Part shown: piece by piece, positions 1-9,803 of the stretch | Layout of the letters: the number at the start of each line of letters is the position of its first letter | How positions within the stretch are numbered: the first letter of the stretch is position 1 | Assembly (NCBI GenBank): GCA_039638295.1 | Contig: JBDIWJ010000033.1 | Coordinates: forward strand, 1-21,522 | DNA from: Candidatus Phoenicimicrobium oleiphilum | Lineage (GTDB): Bacteria > Atribacterota > Phoenicimicrobiia > Phoenicimicrobiales > Phoenicimicrobiaceae | Direction: 5' to 3' | DNA: 21,522 bases | Translations under genes and position numbers: made by a program | Notes under the pieces: model-generated | Database searches by the model: none | Told to the model about the DNA's origin: nothing | The model's input: the letters and a program-made list of their open reading frames with translations, nothing else

Positions 1-29
1 ATGAATTTGACTACGAACTTCCTGATTAA

Positions 30-88
30 GAGTGCACGATCTTATGCTACAATATTAAACATTAAAACGAGTACACGATCTTATGCTA
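30..88 (+). repeat. 20-bp direct repeat, period 39 bp
   Basis: GAGTGCACGATCTTATGCTA (30-49) and GAGTACACGATCTTATGCTA (69-88), 19/20 identical. Confidence 0.9.
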
Positions 89-90
89 TA

Positions 91-140
91 TAACAACTAA
101 GAATTACCTGGTCAACTGGTAAACAGGGTAACTGGGTAAC
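91..140 (+). repeat. Octamer-arm element, copy D (3' arm only within the window)
   Basis: TAACAACTAAGAATTACCTGGTCAACTGGTAAACAGGGTAACTGGGTAAC matches the reverse complement of 17711-17759 at 46/50 positions. Confidence 0.9.
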
Positions 141-149
141 TTAAATTAA

Positions 150-201
150 CTTGCAACTTGTATTTAATACTTAAGAACGACTATTTATAAAAACTAATTA
201 A
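150..201 (+). repeat. Pre-RBS module, diverged copy
   Basis: CTTGCAACTTGTATTTAATACT..AACGACTATT..ACTAATTAA resembles the reverse complements of 17645-17700 and 16057-16101. Confidence 0.75.
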
Positions 202-290
202 GAGGTGATGCTGGGAACTAATTAAACAAATTTATTTTAAAGATTTTAAGTATAAAATAAAAATAATAACACAAAGGGAGGAAAAACAAA

Positions 291-677
291 ATGGCAAATA
301 AAGTTATTGAGAATTTATATTATACTAAAAGTGATGAATGGTTAAAAGTAGAAGATGAAATTGGAACAATAGGAATTACTGATTATGCCCAAGACCAACT
401 GGGAGATATTGTTTTTCTTGAAAAAATAGAAAAGGGTAAAAAATTAAAGCAAGGTGAAACACTTACTACCATTGAATCAGTTAAGGCTGTATCTGATGTA
501 TATGCACCAGTTAGTGGAGAGGTAACTGAAGTAAACGAAAAATTATTAGATGATACTTCTATTATAAATAAAGACCCTTACGGAGAGGGTTGGATTGCCA
601 AAATTAAAATAGCTAATAAAGACGAATTAAAAAATCTTATGGGTGCCAAAGAATATTCTGAATATAGAAAAGAATAA
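291..677 (+). CDS. gcvH: Glycine cleavage system H protein
   Basis: GITDYAQDQLGDIVF and the lipoyl-lysine motif IESVKAVSD; SD GGGAGG upstream. Confidence 0.97.
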   Translation: MANKVIENLYYTKSDEWLKVEDEIGTIGITDYAQDQLGDIVFLEKIEKGKKLKQGETLTTIESVKAVSDVYAPVSGEVTEVNEKLLDDTSIINKDPYGEGWIAKIKIANKDELKNLMGAKEYSEYRKE

Positions 678-702
678 TATAAAAGAATAGAGGTATAATA
701 AA

Positions 703-2046
703 ATGAGATACATCCCAAATACCGATGAACAAAAAAGGGAGATGTTAAAAGAGATTGGAGTTTCTTCCTTTGAAGAATTAATTAAAATTATTCCTCAAAA
801 CCTCAGGCTAAAAGAAAGATTAAATATCCCAGAAGCAATAACAGAAAGCGAATTGGAAGATAAAATTTATCATATTGCTCAAAAAAATTCCAACTTCTTT
901 TTAATGAAACCTTTGGTGGGTGCCGGTGCCTACCGACATTATATCCCAGAAGCAGAGAAATTTCTTTTACAAAGAGAAGAATTTTGGACTTGCTATACCC
1001 CTTATCAACCTGAACTGAGCCAGGGTACACTGCAATCAATATTTGAGTATCAAAGTTATATTTCTCGACTTACCAAGACGGAGGTGGTAATTCCTTCTAT
1101 CTACGATGGTGCCTCGGCAACAGGCGAAGCAGCTTTAATGTCCCTAAGATTAACCCATAAAAATAAAATAATTGTATCAAATTTACTACATCCACATTAC
1201 CGAGAAACACTCAAAACCTATGTAGCACCTCATAAGCCAGAAATTATTGAATTACCTTATAATAATGGCTTGGTTGATATAAAAAAATTACAGAATTTGA
1301 TTGGAGAAGATGTAGCGGCAGTTATTATTCAAAGCCCTAATTTCTTTGGAGGTATAGAAAGACTATCTGAAATTTCTGAAATAGTTCATTCTAAAGATGC
1401 ACTGTTAATTGATGTGATTGTGGAAAGTATGTCTTTGGGAATTTTAAAAGCTCCTGGTGAAATGAATGTGGACATTGTAGTGGGAAATGCTCAGTCTTTC
1501 GGAATGGATTTAAATTTCGGGGGCCCCTACAATGCTTATTTGGCAACCAAAAAACAGTTTATCAGGCAACTTCCTGGAAGAATCGTAGGAGAAACAGTTG
1601 ATGTGGACGGAAAACGAGTTTTCGTAATGACTATGCGTGCTCGAGAACAAGATATAAGGAGAGAAAGGGCAACTTCTAACATTTGTACTAACCATAATTT
1701 AAATGTAACAGCTTCTAATATTTACCTTTCTTTATTGGGTACCGAAGGTCTTTATCAAATTTCTCTTATAAATACTAAATCTGCCCATTATTTAGAAAAT
1801 CTACTGATAAAATCTGGGAAATTTGAAAAAGTGTTTGATTATCCCTTCTATAATGAATTTCTCCTGAAGAGTAAAGAAGATATAGATACTGTCAACAAAA
1901 AATTATTAGAGAATAATTATATTCCTCCCCTTAAAATTTGCCAATTTTATAAAGAGGAAAGTTTAAAGAATGTTTTACTCTTTGCGGTAACTGAGATATT
2001 AAGTAGGGATGATTTAAATAAAGTCGCGAATATTCTTTTGGAATAA
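703..2046 (+). CDS. gcvPA: Glycine dehydrogenase (decarboxylating) subunit 1
   Basis: MRYIPNT start, YTPYQPELSQGTLQ, REQDIRRERATSNICTN. Confidence 0.97.
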   Translation: MRYIPNTDEQKREMLKEIGVSSFEELIKIIPQNLRLKERLNIPEAITESELEDKIYHIAQKNSNFFLMKPLVGAGAYRHYIPEAEKFLLQREEFWTCYTPYQPELSQGTLQSIFEYQSYISRLTKTEVVIPSIYDGASATGEAALMSLRLTHKNKIIVSNLLHPHYRETLKTYVAPHKPEIIELPYNNGLVDIKKLQNLIGEDVAAVIIQSPNFFGGIERLSEISEIVHSKDALLIDVIVESMSLGILKAPGEMNVDIVVGNAQSFGMDLNFGGPYNAYLATKKQFIRQLPGRIVGETVDVDGKRVFVMTMRAREQDIRRERATSNICTNHNLNVTASNIYLSLLGTEGLYQISLINTKSAHYLENLLIKSGKFEKVFDYPFYNEFLLKSKEDIDTVNKKLLENNYIPPLKICQFYKEESLKNVLLFAVTEILSRDDLNKVANILLE

Positions 2047-2058
2047 GGAGTGATAAAT

Positions 2059-3564
2059 ATGAAATTAATATTCGAAAAAAGTGTAAAAGGAAGAGATGGT
2101 TATTCGCTGCCTCAAGATTTATTCGAGGATATTAAAATTGAAGAATGTTTACCTGTATATGGTATTAGTAGAGATAAAAAAATACTCAGTGAAGTCTCTG
2201 AAGTAGATGTTATTCGGCACTTTACTAAACTTTCTAAATTAAACTATGGTCTTGATGACGGGTTTTATCCTTTGGGATCGTGCACGATGAAATACAACCC
2301 CAAAATTAACGAAAAATTAGCTTCATTAAGTAATTTTGTTTATGCTCATCCCCTGGCACCTGAAGAGACAGTGCAGGGTTGTTTAGAAATTGCCTATGAC
2401 CTAAATAAATTACTCTGCGAAATAACTGGAATGGACGAATACACTATGGTTCCTGCTGCAGGAGCACATGGGGAATTAACTGGTGTGCTCATTATGAGAA
2501 AATATTTTATTGACCGCGGAGACATACGGCGTAAAATGCTAATTCCTGATTCTGCTCACGGCACCAACCCTGCTTCCGCAGCTATGGCTGGTTTTCAGGT
2601 AGTAGAAGTAAAATCAAACGAAAGGGGAACAATTGATTTAAAAGAATTAGCTGAATTAATGGATGAAGATACTGTTGGATTAATGCTAACCAACCCCAAT
2701 ACGGTAGGATTATACGATGAAGGGATAGAAGAAATTGAAAAGATCGTCCACGGTAAAGGTGGTTTGCTCTATTATGATGGAGCTAATCTTAATGCTTCCC
2801 TGGGTATTATCAGGCCTGGGGACGCCGGTTTTGATGTTGTTCATCTTAATCTACACAAAACTTTTTCTACCCCTCATGGAGGTGGTGGACCTGGCGCAGG
2901 AGTAATTGGAGTAAAGAAAAATCTCACCCCTTACCTCCCCACTCCAATCGTTGCTTTAGATTCAGTCAAGAAAAAATATTACTGGAAAGACGTAGGAGAA
3001 AAAAGTATTGGTATGGTGAGAGCATTCTGGGCTAATTTCCCAGTATTAGTTAAAACTTATGCCTGGATTCTAAGTATGGGACCAGATGGTCTTTATAATG
3101 CTTCGGAAACAAGCATAATAAATGCCAATTATGTGTTAACGAAATTAAAAGAATATTATAAACCGGTTTATGACCGTTATTGTGGACATGAATGTACACT
3201 TACTGGAAAAGAATATAAAAAATATGGAGTGAAGACTTTAGATATTGCTAAGAGATTAATGGATTATAGAATGCATCCACCCACTATTTATTTCCCTCAT
3301 TTTGAACCATATGCTGAAGAAACTATAATGGTAGAACCACCGGAATCAGAAAGTAAAGAAATGCTCGATAAATTTATAGATACTATGATAAAAATTTCTA
3401 ATGAGGTCAAGACCAACCCTGAATTATTAACTACTGCCCCCCATATTACTCCCATCAGAAGGGTTAATGATGCTTTAGCTGTAAAAAGAGCAATTTTAAC
3501 TTATGATGATGAATTAAAACTTAAGGGGGAATTAAAATATCAAGACAAAGATATAAATTTTTAA
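2059..3564 (+). CDS. gcvPB: Glycine dehydrogenase (decarboxylating) subunit 2
   Basis: YPLGSCTMKYNP, PLP-lysine motif HLNLHKTFSTPHGGGGPG. Start moved from 2050 to ATG 2059, which follows SD AAGGAGTGA and gives MKLIFEKS. Confidence 0.96.
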   Translation: MKLIFEKSVKGRDGYSLPQDLFEDIKIEECLPVYGISRDKKILSEVSEVDVIRHFTKLSKLNYGLDDGFYPLGSCTMKYNPKINEKLASLSNFVYAHPLAPEETVQGCLEIAYDLNKLLCEITGMDEYTMVPAAGAHGELTGVLIMRKYFIDRGDIRRKMLIPDSAHGTNPASAAMAGFQVVEVKSNERGTIDLKELAELMDEDTVGLMLTNPNTVGLYDEGIEEIEKIVHGKGGLLYYDGANLNASLGIIRPGDAGFDVVHLNLHKTFSTPHGGGGPGAGVIGVKKNLTPYLPTPIVALDSVKKKYYWKDVGEKSIGMVRAFWANFPVLVKTYAWILSMGPDGLYNASETSIINANYVLTKLKEYYKPVYDRYCGHECTLTGKEYKKYGVKTLDIAKRLMDYRMHPPTIYFPHFEPYAEETIMVEPPESESKEMLDKFIDTMIKISNEVKTNPELLTTAPHITPIRRVNDALAVKRAILTYDDELKLKGELKYQDKDINF

Positions 3565-3582
3565 TCGGGAGGAAATTTTGAA

Positions 3583-4701
3583 ATGGAAGAATTATTATTA
3601 ACTCCTCTACACGAGGAACATTTAAAATTAAAAGCCAGAATGATACCCTTTGATGGTTTTGATATGCCGGTACAATATACCAGTATCATTGAAGAACATT
3701 TTGCTGTTAGGGAACGTGTAGGCATCTTTGATGTGTCACATATGGGAGAGATTGAATTACGTGGCAAAGATGCCCTTCCCTTTACCGATTATCTGGTAAC
3801 CAATTCGATAATAAATATGAAGGATGGAGATATAAAATATTCCCCTTTATGTTACCCCCATGGTGGTCAGGTTGATGACCTCTTTGTTTATAAGGTAAAA
3901 GATGACTTTGTACTTTTGGTAGTAAACGCCTCACCCAATTATTCAATTAAAGATTATGACTGGATCGTAAAAAATAAAGGTGATTTTGATGTAGAAATAT
4001 TTAACAAAAGCAAGGATTATGGCGAAGTAGCAGTTCAAGGTCCTGATTCAGAAAAATTGTTAGAACCTCTGGTAACAGGGGATATTTCTCTTAAAGAATT
4101 GAAGCGTTTTAAGTTTATTTTTGGTCAACTGTTTGGGAAGAAAATTCTTATTTCAAGAACTGGTTATACCGGTGAAGATGGTTTCGAAATTTATACCTTT
4201 AAACCCGAAGATATAATAGATATCTGGCGGGGCATTTTAGAAGAAGGTAAAAAATATAACCTAAAGCCCTGTGGATTAGGAGCTAGAGATACCACCAGAT
4301 TTGAAGTTTGCTATTGGTTATATGGCAATGATATTGACGAAACTGTAAATCCATTAGAGAGCGGACAAGGTTGGACAGTAAAATTTGATAAAGGAAACTT
4401 TATAGGAAAAGATGCTTTACTTAAAATAAAAGAAAAAGGAATTAACCGAAAACTGGTTGGTCTTTTTGTTCCTCAAGGTGGTATTCCACGGCACGGAATG
4501 GAAGTAAAAAAGAATAATAAAAAGATTGGATATATCACTTCTGGAAATTATTGTCCATCCTTAAAAAAGGTATATGCTATGGCTATCTTAGATCTTCCCT
4601 ATACTGAAAAGGGTACTGAGGTAGATATAATTATAAGAAACAGAGAGATAGAAGCGGAAGTTGTGGATATGCCCTTTGTTGCACCATTTAATAAAAGATG
4701 A
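3583..4701 (+). CDS. gcvT: Aminomethyltransferase (glycine cleavage T protein)
   Basis: TPLH, FDVSHMGEI, SRTGYTGEDGFEI, GLGARDT. Confidence 0.97.
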   Translation: MEELLLTPLHEEHLKLKARMIPFDGFDMPVQYTSIIEEHFAVRERVGIFDVSHMGEIELRGKDALPFTDYLVTNSIINMKDGDIKYSPLCYPHGGQVDDLFVYKVKDDFVLLVVNASPNYSIKDYDWIVKNKGDFDVEIFNKSKDYGEVAVQGPDSEKLLEPLVTGDISLKELKRFKFIFGQLFGKKILISRTGYTGEDGFEIYTFKPEDIIDIWRGILEEGKKYNLKPCGLGARDTTRFEVCYWLYGNDIDETVNPLESGQGWTVKFDKGNFIGKDALLKIKEKGINRKLVGLFVPQGGIPRHGMEVKKNNKKIGYITSGNYCPSLKKVYAMAILDLPYTEKGTEVDIIIRNREIEAEVVDMPFVAPFNKR

Positions 4702-4704
4702 GTT

Positions 4705-4744
4705 AATTGGCCGATTTTCCAATTTTTCAATTCACCAATTAAAA
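4705..4744. repeat. Degenerate 8-nt tandem array (RATTnnYY)
   Basis: AATTGGCC GATTTTCC AATTTTTC AATTCACC AATTAAAA just after the gcvT stop. Confidence 0.6.
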
Positions 4745-4748
4745 AAGG

Positions 4749-4811
4749 AAGGAGGTGGTTAAAACAAACTAACAAATAAAATCATTATTAACTTTATCAG
4801 AAGGAGGTGAT
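4749..4811 (+). promoter_or_regulatory. Two orphan Shine-Dalgarno-like sites in the symporter leader
   Basis: AAGGAGGTGG (4749-4758) and AAGGAGGTGAT (4801-4811), with no ATG/GTG/TTG at normal spacing downstream. Confidence 0.5.
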
Positions 4812-4957
4812 ATTAGAACAATTTTATTAAAAAAATTTGTTTGATATTAGTATTTTAAATCATTTTTTCAATACAAAGAAGTACTTTTCAACCCCCATTT
4901 ATGTAAATCAAATTTGTCTTAAGATAATTAATAAAATTTGAGTAAGGAGGTTTTTTT

Positions 4958-6316
4958 ATGACTGCTATAATGAATTTTTTAACTATTCTTGATGATTTTG
5001 TCTGGGGACCCCCTATGATGGTGATACTGGTTGGTACAGGAATATTTTTAACCATCAGATTGGGTTTTCCTCAATTTTTACATTCCTCTTATGCCTGGAA
5101 ATTAATCTTCAAGGGTGCTTTTAAGAAAGATGTGGCTCAACGCGGAGAGGGAGAAATTACTCCCTTCCAGGCTTTAACTGCTACTTTAGCCGCTACTGTG
5201 GGAAATGGTAATATTGCCGGGGTAGCTACTGCCTTAGCGGCCGGTGGTCCAGGTGCAGCAGTTTGGATGTGGATTACTGCTCTTTTCGGAATGTGTACTA
5301 AAATGTGTGAAGCAACCTTAGGTGTAAAATATAGAATAAAAGATAAAGATGGAGCCTATGCCGGTGGCTCAATGTACTTTATCGAAAAGGGTTTGGGACA
5401 AAAATGGTTGGGTTGGTTATTCGCCTTCTTTGGGGCAATTTGCGCCTTTGGAATTGGAGATGCAGTCCAAACTAACTCAATGGCAGCAGTTGGCCATAGT
5501 GTATTTAATATACCCGTTGCATTAACAGGAATAGTAATAACTTTTTTAGTCTGGATAGTAGTAGTTGGAGGAATTAAGCGTATAGGTGAAGTAACTGAAA
5601 AGTTAGTTCCTTTTATGGCTATATTCTATATTGCCGGGGCATTAATTATAATTATAGCTAAAATCAACTTACTCCCCTGGGCAATTGGAGAAATATTTAG
5701 ATCAGCCTTTACCGGAAGAGCGGCATTTGGTGGATTTGCCGGGGCTACTGTAGCTCAAGCTATGAGATTCGGAGTTGCCAGAGGTATATTCTCTAATGAA
5801 GCTGGCTTGGGAAGTGCCAGTATAGCTCACAGTGTTGCCCAAACCAAACATCCAGTACGTCAGGGTACTATTGCTATGATAGGAGTTATGATTGATACTT
5901 TGATTATTTGTTCGATGACCGCCATTGTTATTGTTATTACCCAATCTTTAGGTACCGGACTTACCAGCACACCACTTACAGCTCACGCTTTTACCTCTGT
6001 TTTAGGTGGATTAGGAGGACCTATTGTTGCCCTCGGTTCCTTACTGTTCGGATACTCTACCATTATTACCTGGTGTTACTATGGCCAGCAATGTGCCCGT
6101 TATATCTTTGGTCCAATAGTAATTAGACCTTATGCCTGGCTTTTTGTCATTGTAGCTTTTTTAGGTTCGATAGTAGAAATTCCTTTTGTCTGGTTACTTA
6201 CCGATGCCCTTAATGGAGCAATGGCTATTCCTAATTTAATCGGTCTAATCTTCTTAAGTGGTATAATGGCTAAAGAAGTAAGGGAATACTTCTCTACTCC
6301 AGAACTCTTAGGCTAA
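4958..6316 (+). CDS. Alanine/glycine:cation symporter (AGCS family)
   Basis: ATVGNGNIAGVA, GGPGAAVWMW, RGIFSNEAGLGSA, NGAMAIPNLIGL; multiple hydrophobic segments; SD TAAGGAGG. Confidence 0.95.
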   Translation: MTAIMNFLTILDDFVWGPPMMVILVGTGIFLTIRLGFPQFLHSSYAWKLIFKGAFKKDVAQRGEGEITPFQALTATLAATVGNGNIAGVATALAAGGPGAAVWMWITALFGMCTKMCEATLGVKYRIKDKDGAYAGGSMYFIEKGLGQKWLGWLFAFFGAICAFGIGDAVQTNSMAAVGHSVFNIPVALTGIVITFLVWIVVVGGIKRIGEVTEKLVPFMAIFYIAGALIIIIAKINLLPWAIGEIFRSAFTGRAAFGGFAGATVAQAMRFGVARGIFSNEAGLGSASIAHSVAQTKHPVRQGTIAMIGVMIDTLIICSMTAIVIVITQSLGTGLTSTPLTAHAFTSVLGGLGGPIVALGSLLFGYSTIITWCYYGQQCARYIFGPIVIRPYAWLFVIVAFLGSIVEIPFVWLLTDALNGAMAIPNLIGLIFLSGIMAKEVREYFSTPELLG

Positions 6317-6321
6317 AACTT

Positions 6322-6351
6322 AGAGGGGGGATTAACCCCCCTCTTCTTTTT
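6322..6351 (+). terminator. Intrinsic terminator-like hairpin after the symporter
   Basis: AGAGGGGGG-ATTAA-CCCCCCTCT, a 9-bp stem followed by TCTTTTT. Confidence 0.75.
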
Positions 6352-6384
6352 CTATTAACTAATAAGGAGGAAATTAAAAAAATA

Positions 6385-7500
6385 ATGTTAATTGGTATCC
6401 CTAAAGAAATTAAAAATAATGAAAATAGGGCAGCAATTACTCCAGCCGGGGTAAAAGCTTTCTATCAAGCAGGACATCAAGTACTGGTCCAAAAATCAGC
6501 TGGCATAGGAAGTGGGATTGAAGATATAGAATACAGTCAAGCTGGAGCCTCTATAATCGAAACTGCTAAAGAATTATTTGATAGAGCAGATATGATTATG
6601 AAGGTAAAAGAGCCTCTACCTTCTGAATATGACCTCTTAAGGGCTGGTCAGATACTATTTACTTACTTTCATTTTGCCTCTTCTTTAGAATTAACTAAAG
6701 CTATGATAGATAGAAAAGTTATTTGCATTGCTTATGAAACTGTTCAAACTGAAGACGGTTATTTACCACTGTTAGCACCAATGAGTGAAGTGGCAGGAAA
6801 AATGGCTGCTCATATTGCAGCTTATTATCTTGCCCTACCCTATGGTGGAAGAGGAGTATTGATGGGCGGTGTATCCGGAGTCAGCCCAGCCAAAATTGTA
6901 GTAATCGGGGGAGGAACCGTGGGGACTTGTGCTGCAAAAGTAGCAGCTGGCATAGGTGCAAATGTCACTTTACTTGATATAAATATTAGAAGGTTAAGAT
7001 ATTTAGATGATGTCTTACCAAAAAATATTAAGCTGATAGTTTCTAATCAACACAATATTGAGGAAGAAACTAAAGATGCTGATGCGGTAATTGGAGCAGT
7101 ATTAGTCCCTGGGGCAGAAGCTCCAAAATTAATGACAGAAGAAATGGTAAAGAAGATGAAACCAAATTCTGTCATAGTAGATGTAGCCATCGATCAAGGA
7201 GGATGCATAGCTACAAGTAGACCTACTTCTCATAGTGAACCAGTCTATAAGGTTCACAATGTATTACATTATTGTGTTACCAATATGCCTGGTGCCTTTG
7301 CCAGAACTTCTACCTTTGCCTTAACTAATGCTACCCTTCCCTATGGTTTAGAAATTGCCAATAAAGGCTATATAAAAGCAATAAAGGAAAATAAAGCCCT
7401 CGCTAAAGGATTAAATATCATTGATGGTAAAATTACCTACGAACCCGTAGCAAAGGTTTTTAATTTAAAATACTATCCGATAGAAGAGATAATTAATTAA
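6385..7500 (+). CDS. ald: Alanine dehydrogenase
   Basis: IGIPKEIKNNENR, KVKEP, FTYFH, LLAPMSEVAG, Rossmann GGGTVG, DVAIDQGGC, NMPGA. Confidence 0.97.
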   Translation: MLIGIPKEIKNNENRAAITPAGVKAFYQAGHQVLVQKSAGIGSGIEDIEYSQAGASIIETAKELFDRADMIMKVKEPLPSEYDLLRAGQILFTYFHFASSLELTKAMIDRKVICIAYETVQTEDGYLPLLAPMSEVAGKMAAHIAAYYLALPYGGRGVLMGGVSGVSPAKIVVIGGGTVGTCAAKVAAGIGANVTLLDINIRRLRYLDDVLPKNIKLIVSNQHNIEEETKDADAVIGAVLVPGAEAPKLMTEEMVKKMKPNSVIVDVAIDQGGCIATSRPTSHSEPVYKVHNVLHYCVTNMPGAFARTSTFALTNATLPYGLEIANKGYIKAIKENKALAKGLNIIDGKITYEPVAKVFNLKYYPIEEIIN

Positions 7501-7522
7501 TCCCCTAATTTACTAATTTATT
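7491..7522. repeat. Degenerate 8-nt tandem array (RATTnnYY)
   Basis: AATTAATT AATCCCCT AATTTACT AATTTATT overlapping and following the ald stop. Confidence 0.45.
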
Positions 7523-7533
7523 TTAAATTGGTG

Positions 7534-7581
7534 AAACTTAAAAAGCCTCTATACTGTTAAGTGTAGAGGCTTTTTAAGTTT
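7534..7581. terminator. Bidirectional intrinsic terminator between convergent ald and groEL
   Basis: AAACTTAAAAAGCCTCTATAC-TGTTAA-GTGTAGAGGCTTTTTAAGTTT: 21-bp inverted repeat with one mismatch and A/T tracts on both sides. Confidence 0.9.
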
Positions 7582-7596
7582 ATATTTCTATTTAAC

Positions 7597-9279
<1,683 letters not shown>

Positions 9280-9310
9280 TTACTTTTTTAATTTAAGATA
9301 TTTTATAATC

Positions 9311-9616
9311 TTACTCTTCGAAAATAGCTAAAATATCCTTTTCGCTTAAAATAAGGTACTCTTCTTCATCATCTCCTTTAATATCAGTCCCTGAATACTT
9401 CGCGTAAACTACTTTATCTCCCACTTTAACAGTCATAGGAACCACTTTACCTTCCTTATCAGTACCACCAGGGCCTACTGCTAACACCTCTCCCATCTGG
9501 GGTTTTTCTTTGGAGACGGTATCAGGAAGAAGAATTCCTCCCTTACTTTTCTCTTCTTCGAAAATAGGTTTTATTAATACCCTGTCTCCTAGTGGTTTTA
9601 AGCCTTTGATCTTCAT
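9311..9616 (-). CDS. groES: Co-chaperonin GroES
   Basis: [24 protein letters not shown]; directly upstream of groEL. Confidence 0.98.
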   Translation of the reverse strand: MKIKGLKPLGDRVLIKPIFEEEKSKGGILLPDTVSKEKPQMGEVLAVGPGGTDKEGKVVPMTVKVGDKVVYAKYSGTDIKGDDEEEYLILSEKDILAIFEE

Positions 9617-9659
9617 TTTTTTAGAACCTCCCTTAATATATTAACATTTTTTAAATTAA

Positions 9660-9686
9660 TTAGCACTCTCTTATTAAGAGTGCTAA
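9660..9686. promoter_or_regulatory. CIRCE element (HrcA operator)
   Basis: TTAGCACTC-TCTTATTAA-GAGTGCTAA is an exact match to TTAGCACTC-N9-GAGTGCTAA, upstream of groES. Confidence 0.97.
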
Positions 9687-9696
9687 AACACTTTAT

Positions 9697-9725
9697 ATAT
9701 TATCCAAACTCTTTTTGAAAAGCAA
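9697..9725 (-). promoter_or_regulatory. Putative sigma70/sigmaA promoter of groESL
   Basis: Minus strand TTGCTT-17 nt-TAATAT immediately upstream of CIRCE. Confidence 0.5.
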
Positions 9726-9803
9726 ATCTTATTATTCTTGATATTTAGCTATTTACTGCTAAATATACCAATTAATAGCTATTTTAATTCATTTTTCTTC
9801 TAT

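Noticed and set aside
30..140. CRISPR array suggested by the 20-bp direct repeat
   Set aside because: Only two copies with a 19-nt spacer and no cas genes in the window; a degenerate array end cannot be fully excluded without upstream sequence.
208..225. Leader peptide MLGTN upstream of gcvH
   Set aside because: The ATG overlaps the SD-like motif, there are only 5 codons, and no attenuator structure is seen.
1..290. Glycine riboswitch upstream of gcvH (also considered for 4702-4957)
   Set aside because: No GGAGA...CCGAAG...CTCTCAGG-like aptamer core is visible; the leaders are very AT-rich and occupied by repeats.
803..6126. Short alternative ORFs 803-1039, 1510-1695, 3561-3767, 5702-5944, 5908-6126
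   Set aside because: Antisense or out-of-frame shadows within well-supported gcv and symporter genes, with no recognisable motifs.
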